A stretch of DNA of 39,989 nt from Bacteroidales bacterium (GCA_031259205.1 JAIRLS010000014.1:1-39989), one strand, 5' to 3'; counted from the stretch's first letter, positions 1 to 8,562 are shown. The notes: generated by a model from the letters alone, not told the origin. Program-made: numbers and translations.

Positions 1-394
1 TGACGGACTTTTTCAATATGGTCAGTACTAAATATTGTTCGGAATTAAATACGTTATTAACGTTAAACTTCCAATTTTTTGACGAGCCCAATGCACAAAA
101 CATGACCGCGTGAAGTATACACAAAAGGACACGGAGAGAAACACGGAATGACATGGTATCATGTCCGTTTATCAAAGAAACGGCAACAGGATATTTTTTA
201 TGAAAACCAAACTTTCTTTCGCATAACGGATTCTACTTTTAAATATAGCTTATATTCAACAATATAGATAAAAATTTGAAGGAGAATAGAGCATATCGTC
301 AAAATTTTACCGGACAATGGCGATACAAAATATTGGTCACTGTATTTGTCATCCAAAAAAAAATCCCATCTTTGCAAGTCCAAAACCTTACGTC

Positions 395-3300
395 ATGATA
401 GATTTTTTTCGCAACAAATTTGAAGAGGTCATTGCGGTACAATCGGTAGAGAACTTGTCGCATCAGGATCTTGCCCGGATGAAGTGGCTGCTGGGCGACG
501 CCGTTCATCTGGAAACGGCTGTAATTGAAGGATGGTTCGTCGGTCCGCGTCGGGAGATGATCACGCCATGGAGTACCAACGCAGTGGACATCACCCAAAA
601 CATGAACCTGCGCGGCATCGTTCGCATGGAGCGTTATTTCCCGTCCATGCCGCCGAAAAAGGATGCGCCTCTCCACTACGATCCGATGCTGCAAAAGCTT
701 TACCATCACCTCGACAGCAATATCTTCCTTATCGACAGGCAACCGGAGGCCATCCGTTATGTGGACGACATTGCTGCCTGCAACCGGCAGGAAGGTCTTG
801 CGCTTAGCCCCGATGAGATAGACTATCTGAAACAGTTACAGCAAAAAACAGGACGACAGCTCACCGACAGCGAGATTTTCGGATTTTCACAAGTCAATTC
901 CGAACATTGCCGCCACAAAATTTTCAACGGACGTTTTGTCATTGACGGAAAAGAAAAGCCGTTCACGCTGTTCGGGCTGATCAGGCGAACGTCGGAAATG
1001 AATCCCAACAAAATCATCTCCGCCTACAAAGACAATTGCGCCTTTATCGAAGGGGCGGAAGTGCAACGCTTTGTTCCGGAAAGAAGCGATCAACCGGCTT
1101 TTTTCACGGTACGCACCGAACAGACGGTGATTTCGCTGAAAGCCGAAACCCATAATTTCCCCACCACGGTAGAGCCGTTCAACGGAGCGGCTACCGGCAG
1201 CGGCGGAGAAATACGCGACCGTCTGGCAGGCGGGAAAGGCTCCATACCGGCGGCAGGCACTGCCGTATATATGACCTCATACCCTCGCATGGAAGAGAAA
1301 ACAGGTCGCGTATGGGAAAAAATCCAACCGCCGCGACCATGGCTTTACCACAGCCCGCTGGATACCCTCATCAAAGCCTCCGACGGAGCCAGCGATTTCG
1401 GCAACAAATTCGGACAACCGCTTATCTGCGGGAGCCTCCTGACCTTCGAACATGCGGAAGCCTCCCGAAAATACGGATTCGACAAAGTGATTATGCTGGC
1501 CGGCGGCGTCGGTTACGCACGAAAAGCCGACAGTGCAAAGGAAACGCCTGTCCCCGGAGATAAAGTGATATTGCTGGGGGGCGATAACTACCGCATCGGC
1601 ATGGGCGGAGGCGCCGTATCATCGGTAGCCACCGGCGAATACGGCAACGCCATTGAAATGAATGCCGTACAACGCTCCAATCCGGAAATGCAGAAAAGAG
1701 TGGCCAACGCTATCCGCGCCCTGACGGAAATGGAAAAGAATCCCATCGTATCCATCCACGACCACGGCGCCGGCGGACATCTCAACTGCCTGTCCGAACT
1801 GCTGGAAGCCACCGGCGGCATAATTGAACTCAACCGACTGCCTGTCGGCGATCCTACGCTTTCCGACAAGGAAATCATCGGCAACGAATCGCAGGAACGC
1901 ATGGGGTTAATACTGAAACAACAGGACGTCGACGTCCTGCTCCGTATTGCCGAACGCGAACGCGCTCCGATGTATGTCGTGGGAGAAGCTACCGGCGACC
2001 GTCGCTTCACTATTGTTGATTCCCGCACCAGCGAGAAACCCGTCGATCTGATGCTGGACGACATGTTCGGTAACACGCCTGAAACGGTAATGACCGACCA
2101 TACCGTCAACAAATCTTTTGAACCGGTTGTTTACGAAAATTACCGGATACAGGAATATGTGGAAAACCTGCTGCAAATGGAAGCGGTTGCATGCAAAGAC
2201 TGGCTCACCAACAAAGTAGACCGTTCGGTGACCGGACTGGTAGCCCTGCAACAGACGGCAGGCGAAATACAACTTCCGCTGAACAACCTCGGCGTGGTCG
2301 CACTGGATTATCAAGGAGTGAAAGGGATCGCTACTTCTATCGGTCATGCGCCGGGCGTAGCTTTGCTGAACGCAGCCGCCGGCTCGCGCATGGCTATTGC
2401 CGAAGCGCTGACCAATCTGGTCTGGGCGCCTCTCGAATCCGGTTTGAAGGGCGTTTCGCTAAGCGCCAACTGGATGTGGTCGTGCAGAAACGCCGGCGAG
2501 GACGCGCTCCTCTATGAAGCCGTAGAAGCCGCCTCAGAATTTGCACTTGGGCTTGGTATCAACATCCCTACGGGAAAAGATTCCCTTTCGATGACGCAGA
2601 GATACCCCGGAGGAGAAACGGTGCTCTCCCCGGGAACAGTGATTATTTCAACCGTCGGACAGGTATCGGATATCCGCAAAACGGTGCGGCCGGTGATGGC
2701 TAACGACGAAGCGACGCATCTCATCTATGTCGATCTTTCGGGAATGCCGTTCGCACTGGGAGGAAGCAGTTTCGCACAAATACTCGGCAAAATAGGCGGT
2801 CCTGTTCCGGACGTTAGAGATACGGCGTATTTTGCAAAAGTGTTTGATACGATACAACGCTTGATAAGAAAGGAAATGATCGTTGCCGGACATGATGTTT
2901 CCGCCGGCGGACTGATCACCGCCTTGCTGGAGATGTGTTTTGCCAACAGCGAAGGCGGTTTGGAGGTCGATCTTACAAGCATCACCGACGTATACAAGGA
3001 AAACGCCGGCGTCATCCCGGCGCTGTTTGCGGAAAACCCTGCGCTGGTGCTGCAAATCAATGAAGCTGACAACGTCAAGGTACATGAAATTTTCGGCGAA
3101 GCCGGCGTCAAGGCATACACCATCGGAAAACCCATCGCCAAACGGATTGTACGCGTCTTCCACGAAGGCGAGAAGTACAAATTCGATATCGACCAGTTGC
3201 GCGACCTGTGGTTCAAGACCTCTTACCTGCTCGACTGTTGCCAAAGCGGGAAACAAAAAGCCACAGAACGTTTTTCCAATTACAAATTCCAACGGCTTGA

Positions 3301-4138
3301 ATACTGTTTTCCGGCACATTTCAAAGGCACTTTCGCCCAGTACGACGTCCGTCCCGACCGCACGACGCCGACAGGGATACGGGCTGCCGTTATCCGCGAA
3401 CAAGGCTCGCAGTGCGACCGCGAAACGGCATGGATGATGTACCTTGCCGGCATGGACGTGAAGGACGTACATACCTCCGACTTGACAGAAGGACGCGAAA
3501 CGCTGGAAGACGTACAGATGATCGTGTTCGTAGGCGGCTTTGCCAATTCCGACGTGCTGGGGTCTGCCAAAGGATGGGCGGGCGCCCTCCTGTACAACGA
3601 AAAAGCAAAATCAGCTCTGGATCGCTTTTATAGCCGTCCCGACACGCTGAGCCTCGGCATCTGCAACGGCTGCCAGCTAATGATGGAATTGGGGCTGCTT
3701 CATCCCGAAGACGGACAAAAACCCGTCATGGAACATAACGACTCCCACAAGTTCGAAAGCGCCTTTGTCAATGTCACCATTCCCGACAACCATTCGGTCA
3801 TGCTCCGGTCGCTGTCGGGTTCGCGACTGGGCATCTGGGTAGCGCACGGCGAAGGCAAATTCCGCCTTCCCCTGCCGGCAGACCATTACCATGTGGGGAT
3901 GAGATTCAGCTACGACAGTTATCCTGCCAATCCCAACGGATCGCCCGACGGTATCGCCGCCCTCTACAGCAAAGACGGACGCCATCTGGCCATGATGCCA
4001 CACCTCGAACGTGCAGTCTATCCGTGGAACTGGGCGCATTATCCGGCCAACCGGCAGCATGATCAGGTGACGCCCTGGATAGAAGCATTTGTAAACGCCG
4101 CCGAATGGATACAAAAACAGGCGAAGAGTGAAAAATGA
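395..4138 (+). CDS. purL: Phosphoribosylformylglycinamidine (FGAM) synthase, single-chain large type
   Basis: ORF track 317..4138 (1273 aa). It carries AIR-synthase-like repeat motifs (FPTTVEPFNGAATGSGGEIRD, SIHDHGAGGHLNCLSEL, GHDVSAGGLITALLEM). It also has a C-terminal class-I glutamine amidotransferase (LSLGICNGCQLM nucleophile elbow, VAHGEGKF, MMPHLER). Start trimmed to ATG 395 (MIDFFRNKFEE) because a near-consensus -7 box, CATCTTTG at 367..374, lies inside the longer ORF. Confidence 0.95.
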   Translation: MIDFFRNKFEEVIAVQSVENLSHQDLARMKWLLGDAVHLETAVIEGWFVGPRREMITPWSTNAVDITQNMNLRGIVRMERYFPSMPPKKDAPLHYDPMLQKLYHHLDSNIFLIDRQPEAIRYVDDIAACNRQEGLALSPDEIDYLKQLQQKTGRQLTDSEIFGFSQVNSEHCRHKIFNGRFVIDGKEKPFTLFGLIRRTSEMNPNKIISAYKDNCAFIEGAEVQRFVPERSDQPAFFTVRTEQTVISLKAETHNFPTTVEPFNGAATGSGGEIRDRLAGGKGSIPAAGTAVYMTSYPRMEEKTGRVWEKIQPPRPWLYHSPLDTLIKASDGASDFGNKFGQPLICGSLLTFEHAEASRKYGFDKVIMLAGGVGYARKADSAKETPVPGDKVILLGGDNYRIGMGGGAVSSVATGEYGNAIEMNAVQRSNPEMQKRVANAIRALTEMEKNPIVSIHDHGAGGHLNCLSELLEATGGIIELNRLPVGDPTLSDKEIIGNESQERMGLILKQQDVDVLLRIAERERAPMYVVGEATGDRRFTIVDSRTSEKPVDLMLDDMFGNTPETVMTDHTVNKSFEPVVYENYRIQEYVENLLQMEAVACKDWLTNKVDRSVTGLVALQQTAGEIQLPLNNLGVVALDYQGVKGIATSIGHAPGVALLNAAAGSRMAIAEALTNLVWAPLESGLKGVSLSANWMWSCRNAGEDALLYEAVEAASEFALGLGINIPTGKDSLSMTQRYPGGETVLSPGTVIISTVGQVSDIRKTVRPVMANDEATHLIYVDLSGMPFALGGSSFAQILGKIGGPVPDVRDTAYFAKVFDTIQRLIRKEMIVAGHDVSAGGLITALLEMCFANSEGGLEVDLTSITDVYKENAGVIPALFAENPALVLQINEADNVKVHEIFGEAGVKAYTIGKPIAKRIVRVFHEGEKYKFDIDQLRDLWFKTSYLLDCCQSGKQKATERFSNYKFQRLEYCFPAHFKGTFAQYDVRPDRTTPTGIRAAVIREQGSQCDRETAWMMYLAGMDVKDVHTSDLTEGRETLEDVQMIVFVGGFANSDVLGSAKGWAGALLYNEKAKSALDRFYSRPDTLSLGICNGCQLMMELGLLHPEDGQKPVMEHNDSHKFESAFVNVTIPDNHSVMLRSLSGSRLGIWVAHGEGKFRLPLPADHYHVGMRFSYDSYPANPNGSPDGIAALYSKDGRHLAMMPHLERAVYPWNWAHYPANRQHDQVTPWIEAFVNAAEWIQKQAKSEK

Positions 4139-4260
4139 ACAACATCTCCGCTCTACTCTGCCGGTTTTATATCTGTGTAATCCGTATGGATCTGCGCAAG
4201 TCAATTGCCCGACTTTAACCCACATTGCAACTTTTCAAGTTGTAAATATCTTATATTTAT

Positions 4261-4287
4261 GCTATTCTATTTTTAAGAATAGCTTTT
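4261..4287 (+). terminator. Possible rho-independent terminator (AT-rich hairpin plus T-run) downstream of purL
   Basis: GCTATTCT (4261..4268) and AGAATAGC (4276..4283) form an 8-bp stem with a 7-nt loop, followed by TTTT (4284..4287). The stem is weak and sits 123 nt after the purL stop. Confidence 0.3.
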
Positions 4288-4662
4288 GAGGTACTGCAAA
4301 TGTGGCGAACGGGATTTATTTAAAGGAAAAGGAAAAGAAAAAGGAACGGGATGATGTCCCACTTTACCCCTCAAACGTATTGAAACACACGGTTGCATTT
4401 GTTTTGTGGCATATAAAAACGTATAAGGAACTGAAACGCATCTTGAGGTTAAGTGGGAGCGATTTGAGTGTAGATAAGGTTTTGAATATTGCAGAACAAT
4501 AACAACCCTAAAAATCAAGTTGCCTGCATGTGGACAAACCTTGACTGAAACGATGATTATAACTCCCAAGCACAAAACTATTGCCCTGCGATTTGAGGAA
4601 AATTTCTGAATCTCTTTTTAGGGTGAGGCATTGACGAAGTCGGGAGAACAACTCCCTCGTTT

Positions 4663-4797
4663 TCATCCTGTTCCATGCGCTTTATCAATGAGTTCCTCTA
4701 TTTCAGGAGGGTTGAATTTCTGATTTACGAAAGATATTCCCGCAAACAGGCTGACGGTTTTAGATATTTTTTGTATCTTTACCTTTTGGAAGTTCAT
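4663..4797 (-). pseudogene. Truncated N-terminal stub of an IS1380/IS4-like DDE transposase (44 codons, no catalytic domain)
   Basis: Below the ORF-track length cut-off. The minus-strand ATG at 4797 opens MNFQKVKIQKISKTVSLFAGISFVNQKFNPPEIEELIDKAHGTG, ending at TGA 4663..4665. The pattern K-[IV]-x-K ... F-[AG]-G-[IL]-x-F-[IV] ... L-I-D matches the N-termini of Bacteroidales IS1380-type transposases as I remember them. No frame downstream continues as a DDE domain. Confidence 0.35.
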
Positions 4798-4847
4798 GTG
4801 TCTTATTATCGTTCGACAGCGTAAAGGTATGTGAATTTTAAACCCTG

Positions 4848-4883
4848 CAAAGCGCTCGTTAATATCTTTATTATAGCGCTTTG
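4848..4883 (+). promoter_or_regulatory. 9-bp inverted repeat CAAAGCGCT-N18-AGCGCTTTG upstream of rubrerythrin (candidate operator or leader hairpin)
   Basis: Perfect reverse-complement arms at 4848..4856 and 4875..4883, 65-100 nt upstream of ATG 4948. Each arm contains the self-complementary AGCGCT. Confidence 0.3.
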
Positions 4884-4947
4884 TGGCAAGGTAAATGAAA
4901 AACAGGTACGAATGTAAGAATATTTTAATAATTTAAAGTTTATCAAT

Positions 4948-5505
4948 ATGACAAAAAAATGGATTTGTACGGTATGCGGTTATGTTCATGAAGGGAACGA
5001 ACCGCCGGAGACGTGTCCTCAATGTAAACAGCCGAAGAGCAAGTTTAAGGAAATGTCGGTCGAAGAAGGCGCTCTGAAATTTGCCGATGAACATGTTCTC
5101 GGCGTTGCCAAAGGCGTTGATCCTGTTATTTGGGAGGGTTTGCAGGCCCATTTCATGGGCGAGGCTACCGAAGTAGGCATGTATCTTGCCATGAGCCGTC
5201 AGGCAGACCGTGAAGGATACCCCGAAATTGCCGAATCATTCAAGCGTTATGCTTTCGAGGAAGCCGAACATTGCGCCAAATTTGCCGAATTGTTAGGCGA
5301 AGTAGTGTGGGACACCAAGACCAACCTGAAAAAACGCATGGAAGCCGAAGCCGGCGCCTGCGAGGATAAGAAACGCATCGCCACGCTGGCAAAACAGCAA
5401 AACCTCGACGCTATCCACGATACTGTTCACGAAATGTGCAAGGACGAAGCGCGACACGGGAAAGGATTTGAAGGCCTGTACAACAGGTATTTCAAAAACA
5501 GGTAA
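4948..5505 (+). CDS. rbr: Rubrerythrin with reversed domain order (N-terminal rubredoxin-like Cys4 domain, C-terminal diiron ferritin-like domain)
   Basis: 185 aa. The N-terminus has CxxC...CxxC ([12 protein letters not shown]...CPQCKQP). This is followed by a four-helix-bundle region with two ExxH diiron motifs (EEAEHCAKF and KDEARHGKG). Confidence 0.9.
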   Translation: MTKKWICTVCGYVHEGNEPPETCPQCKQPKSKFKEMSVEEGALKFADEHVLGVAKGVDPVIWEGLQAHFMGEATEVGMYLAMSRQADREGYPEIAESFKRYAFEEAEHCAKFAELLGEVVWDTKTNLKKRMEAEAGACEDKKRIATLAKQQNLDAIHDTVHEMCKDEARHGKGFEGLYNRYFKNR

Positions 5506-5573
5506 TGCCCGTATGTGCAGTTAGAGGCGGTTTCAAAAGTCGATTTAACCGCAAAGAACGCAAGAACGGCTAT

Positions 5574-5615
5574 AAAAAAGGTAAAAGTATTACTTGAACA
5601 TCCTTACTTTTGACC
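5574..5615 (-). terminator. Probable terminator of the minus-strand lipoprotein gene, between convergent genes
   Basis: On the minus strand, GGTCAAAAGTA ... TACTTTTACC forms a ~10-bp stem with one bulge, followed by TTTTTT (plus-strand A6 at 5574..5579). It lies 36 nt past the stop at 5651. Confidence 0.4.
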
Positions 5616-5650
5616 TTTGGGTGAAAAAACACTTTTGATATGGCTTTTGA

Positions 5651-6391
5651 TCATTTCAACAGGATCACCTTATAGTCGGAGGGAATTTTCATGTTAACGA
5701 GTTGGGGCCGGTCAAACAGAAAGTCCTGAAACTCGGCTGTGATTCGTATTGGGCGACGGTTCATGGAAAAGACAATATGCAGGGACGAAGGAAGCGAAAA
5801 TTGAAGGAAATCCCGAAACCCGGCATACCGGACCGTAGAAGCGGACGGGTAAGCGGAAACGCTTTCAATATGACGGTTTTCGTCCATCCGGAGTTCAACG
5901 CGGGCGTTGTCGCCGGTAAGGGTAAGCGCCCGTGGGCGGGTAACGGCAGTGAAACCAAGTTTCCGGTACGTCTGCTCGCAAGCGTCTGCGGTGAACAGCA
6001 AGTGTAAACTCATGGGATTGACCGGATAACCTGTCATCCGGCTCAGGTATTGATTGCTCCCCTTATAACAGATACGTTCCAAACGGTTCAGTACAATAAA
6101 AGAGTCTTTTTCAATCACGCCTCTGAATATTTCCACCAGCATTACCCCACGAAAGTAGCAGATACTGTCGGGGCGAATGTAAAGACTTCCGCTCATCCGG
6201 TAGGACTTGTCGCCGTCTGTTATGTCCCACCTGCATTTGGGAATCGAAATACTTCCTATCGGATAACAGGATGCGAAAAAACCTTTGTTGTGAACGGATT
6301 CCTTTGTCGCAACGGTTTTGCCTGTTCGACATGAAGCGAGCGTCGCCACGGTCAGGCATAGCATCCACACGAAATATCTGTATGTTTTCAT
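5651..6391 (-). CDS. Lipoprotein of unknown function (possibly DUF4292 / LolB-like fold family)
   Basis: ORF track 5651..6433. Start trimmed to ATG 6391 (MKTYRYFVWMLCLTVATLASCRTGK), which gives a signal peptide plus lipobox Cys. An exact -7 box lies 21 nt upstream. The family name is from memory only. Confidence 0.7.
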   Translation of the reverse strand: MKTYRYFVWMLCLTVATLASCRTGKTVATKESVHNKGFFASCYPIGSISIPKCRWDITDGDKSYRMSGSLYIRPDSICYFRGVMLVEIFRGVIEKDSFIVLNRLERICYKGSNQYLSRMTGYPVNPMSLHLLFTADACEQTYRKLGFTAVTRPRALTLTGDNARVELRMDENRHIESVSAYPSASTVRYAGFRDFLQFSLPSSLHIVFSMNRRPIRITAEFQDFLFDRPQLVNMKIPSDYKVILLK

Positions 6392-6411
6392 TGAAAAACG
6401 AAAATAAGTTT

Positions 6412-6419
6412 CAAATATA
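6412..6419 (-). promoter_or_regulatory. Bacteroidetes-type -7 promoter box TATATTTG for the 5651..6391 lipoprotein gene
   Basis: Exact match to the TAnnTTTG consensus on the minus strand, 21 nt upstream of ATG 6391. Confidence 0.5.
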
Positions 6420-6460
6420 CATGAAATTTCCAAATTACACGCGGACGGATAAAAATCGGT

Positions 6461-6620
6461 TAATTCTTTTTTCGAGGCGTTGTGAAAAATGACTTAATTC
6501 TTCTAACCTCCGCGAAAGCGCGAAGGGGCGAATGTTGAGGCGAAAGGCTTTCGCCTGAAGGCACGAAGGAACAACACGGATGGGACAACCCACTGACCGA
6601 TAGCGCCTCAAAAAAAGATG
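6461..6620. repeat. Copy A (~160 bp) of a two-copy repeat family with terminal inverted repeats (MITE-like or structured-RNA-like)
   Basis: Shares its ends and several internal blocks with 16925..17138. The left end CTTTTTTCGAGGCG (6466..6479) is the near reverse complement of the right end CGCCTCAAAAAAAG (6604..6617). Internal GNRA-type hairpins are present (CGCGAAAGCGCG, GGCGAAAGGCTTTCGCC). Confidence 0.6.
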
Positions 6621-6661
6621 TAGCTCCGGAAAAAATATGTTGTCCGTATTCATATTTTGAT

Positions 6662-6669
6662 TATTTTTG
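6662..6669 (+). promoter_or_regulatory. -7 promoter box TATTTTTG for tRNA-Arg
   Basis: Exact TAnnTTTG match 11 nt upstream of the first tRNA nucleotide. Confidence 0.5.
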
Positions 6670-6679
6670 CAGCGAATTT

Positions 6680-6753
6680 GGCTCCGTAGTTCAGTTGAAT
6701 AGAACGTCAGATTCCGGTTCTGAAAGTCACAGGTTTGAGTCCTGTCGGAGTCA
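6680..6753 (+). tRNA. tRNA-Arg (anticodon CCG)
   Basis: Hand-folded cloverleaf:
- acceptor GGCTCCG/CGGAGTC (one G-T pair);
- D arm GTTC/GAAC;
- anticodon arm TCAGA-TTCCGGT-TCTGA;
- T arm ACAGG-TTTGAGT-CCTGT;
- discriminator A.
The gene is 74 nt and CCA is not encoded. Confidence 0.9.
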
Positions 6754-6815
6754 CTGAAGTTTTTCATGAGGATACACGTTCAACGTGCATCTTATCAACA
6801 AATAAAGATATAAAA

Positions 6816-6823
6816 TAGTTTTG
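6816..6823 (+). promoter_or_regulatory. -7 promoter box TAGTTTTG for the 6841..7293 gene
   Basis: Exact TAnnTTTG match 18 nt upstream of ATG 6841. Confidence 0.5.
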
Positions 6824-6840
6824 CGACAAAAATCATCAAT

Positions 6841-7293
6841 ATGTCACTAAAGGATATTTTAGTTATATCAGGTCAGAGCGGGCTTTTCAAGTACGTTTCC
6901 AAAGGGAAAGCGACCATTATTGTGGAAAACATGATTGACCGCCGGCGTACCGGCATACCCTCTACGGCAAAAATCAGTATGTTGAACGATATCGCTGTTT
7001 TTACCGAGAAGGAGGAACTTCCTTTGCGGGAAGTGTTAAAAAAGATACAGTCGAAGGAGAACGGCGGAGCAGCGATTTCTCATAAATCGCCCGATACGGA
7101 ATTGAGGCAGTATTTCGAAGCCGTCCTTCCCGATTATGACAAGGACAGGGTGTATCTGTCGGACATTCGTAAAGTGCTGATGTGGTACAACGCCTTGCTG
7201 GACTTGGGCATTACCGATTTCGAACCGGACACGCCGGAAACGCCGGACACGCCTGATACGCCGGATACGCCGGACACTCAACAAGCACAATAG
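6841..7293 (+). CDS. Conserved hypothetical protein (DUF5606-like) with a C-terminal (P-D/E-T)6 repeat tail
   Basis: 150 aa. The N-terminus MSLKDILVISGQSGLFKYVSKG resembles the small Bacteroidales DUF5606 proteins as I recall them. The C-terminus is PDTPETPDTPDTPDTPDT. Confidence 0.75.
   Translation: MSLKDILVISGQSGLFKYVSKGKATIIVENMIDRRRTGIPSTAKISMLNDIAVFTEKEELPLREVLKKIQSKENGGAAISHKSPDTELRQYFEAVLPDYDKDRVYLSDIRKVLMWYNALLDLGITDFEPDTPETPDTPDTPDTPDTQQAQ
7225..7278 (+). repeat. Six tandem 9-bp units (CCGGAYACG-like) inside the CDS, encoding the PDT/PET repeats
   Basis: The units are ccggacacg, ccggaaacg, ccggacacg, cctgatacg, ccggatacg and ccggacact, in frame. Confidence 0.9.
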
Positions 7294-7329
7294 TTACAAA
7301 CGTCATAAATTTTAATTGAATCAAAAAAA

Positions 7330-8562
7330 ATGAAAAAATCCATTGCCATTTTAACCGGCGGCGGTCCCGCACCCGGAATGAATACAGTTGTAGGTAGCGT
7401 AGCAAAAGCATTTTTGCAGAAAGGGTACCGCGTAATAGGTCTTCACGGCGGTTACAGCGGTTTGTTCCGTCCCGATCCCCGCACGGTGGATATTGATTTT
7501 GTGTTTGCCGACCGCATCGTCAATCGCGGAGGATCAACCGTCATCATGAGCCGTTTTAAACCTGCCGACAAGGATTTTGCCGAGAATTTCAACCTGAAGT
7601 TTTTTACAGACAATAATGTGAAATTGCTGGTGACTGTCGGCGGCGACGATACGGCTTCCACCGCCAACCGCGTGGCCAAATTCCTTGCTGAAAAGCAACA
7701 CCCGATTGCCAATATTCACGTGCCGAAAACCATTGACAATGATCTTCCGCTGCCGGAAGGAACGCCTACTTTCGGCTTCCAGTCGGCACAGGCACAGGGG
7801 ACAGCGACAGGCCGCATCTTTTACGAAGATGCGCGTACCAGCGAAAACTGGTTCATCGTTTCGGCGATGGGACGTTCGGCGGGACATCTCGCGTGGGGCA
7901 TCGGCTCTGCCTGCCACTACCCGATGATCGTAATCCCGGAGATGTTTAATAAAACGGCCATCACCATAGATAAGATATGCAACCTGCTGATTTCTTCCAT
8001 TATCAAACGAAAACTCGCAGGGATTGACTATGGCTGCGCAATGGTATCGGAAGGCGTTTTCCATGCCTTGAGCGAGGACGAAATCAAAAATTCAGGTATC
8101 CATTTCAGTTACGACGAACATGGACATCCCGAGTTGGGAAAAATATCCAAAGCGGCTATTTTTAGCGAGCTTGTAGATAAACGGCTGAAAGCCTTGAATA
8201 TCAAAGTTAAGACACGTCCGGTAGAAATCGGCTATGATTTGCGCTGTTCCGCGCCTATCGCTTACGATCTCGTGTACTGCTCGCTGCTGGGCTTTGGCGT
8301 GTACAAACTGTTCAGTCAAGGCGCTACAGGCTGCATGGTATATGTGAAATCCAACGGCGAAGTTTCTCCTCTTTACCTGAAAGATTTACAGGATACTGTA
8401 ACGGGAAAAATCCCGCCGCGACTGGTGGACATCGACAGCCCCCAAATATATACCATTATCGGTAATGTGTTGAGCTACATCACCGGCGACGATTACGAAG
8501 CAGCCAAAAAATACGTGCCGAATCCGGAAGATTTCGATTTTAGAAAAATCCTGAAATGGTAG
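7330..8562 (+). CDS. pfp: Phosphofructokinase family protein. Its diagnostic residues predict a pyrophosphate-dependent enzyme (diphosphate--fructose-6-phosphate 1-phosphotransferase), short ~410-aa form
   Basis: PFK N-terminus IAILTGGGPAPGMN. The motif is GGDDTAST (Asp where ATP-PFKs have the Gly of GGDGS). PKTIDNDL has Lys where ATP-PFKs have Gly. MGRSAGHLA is also present. Confidence 0.85.
   Translation: MKKSIAILTGGGPAPGMNTVVGSVAKAFLQKGYRVIGLHGGYSGLFRPDPRTVDIDFVFADRIVNRGGSTVIMSRFKPADKDFAENFNLKFFTDNNVKLLVTVGGDDTASTANRVAKFLAEKQHPIANIHVPKTIDNDLPLPEGTPTFGFQSAQAQGTATGRIFYEDARTSENWFIVSAMGRSAGHLAWGIGSACHYPMIVIPEMFNKTAITIDKICNLLISSIIKRKLAGIDYGCAMVSEGVFHALSEDEIKNSGIHFSYDEHGHPELGKISKAAIFSELVDKRLKALNIKVKTRPVEIGYDLRCSAPIAYDLVYCSLLGFGVYKLFSQGATGCMVYVKSNGEVSPLYLKDLQDTVTGKIPPRLVDIDSPQIYTIIGNVLSYITGDDYEAAKKYVPNPEDFDFRKILKW

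Noticed and set aside
1-103. Minus-strand ATG at 103 opens a frame (MFCALGSSKNWKFNVNNVFNSEQYLVLTILKKSV...) that runs off the left edge of the window.
   Set aside because: Only 34 AT-rich codons are visible, with no motif, no promoter box and no convincing signal peptide. I cannot tell it apart from a chance open frame.
4302-4502. 66-aa GTG-initiated ORF (…KEKEKKKERDD…TYKELKRILRLSGSDLSVDKVLNIAEQ) and the overlapping 100-aa minus-strand ORF 4273..4575.
   Set aside because: No recognisable family and odd composition. Both lie in the suspected IS scar and overlap each other. They may be fragments, but I cannot support either as a gene.
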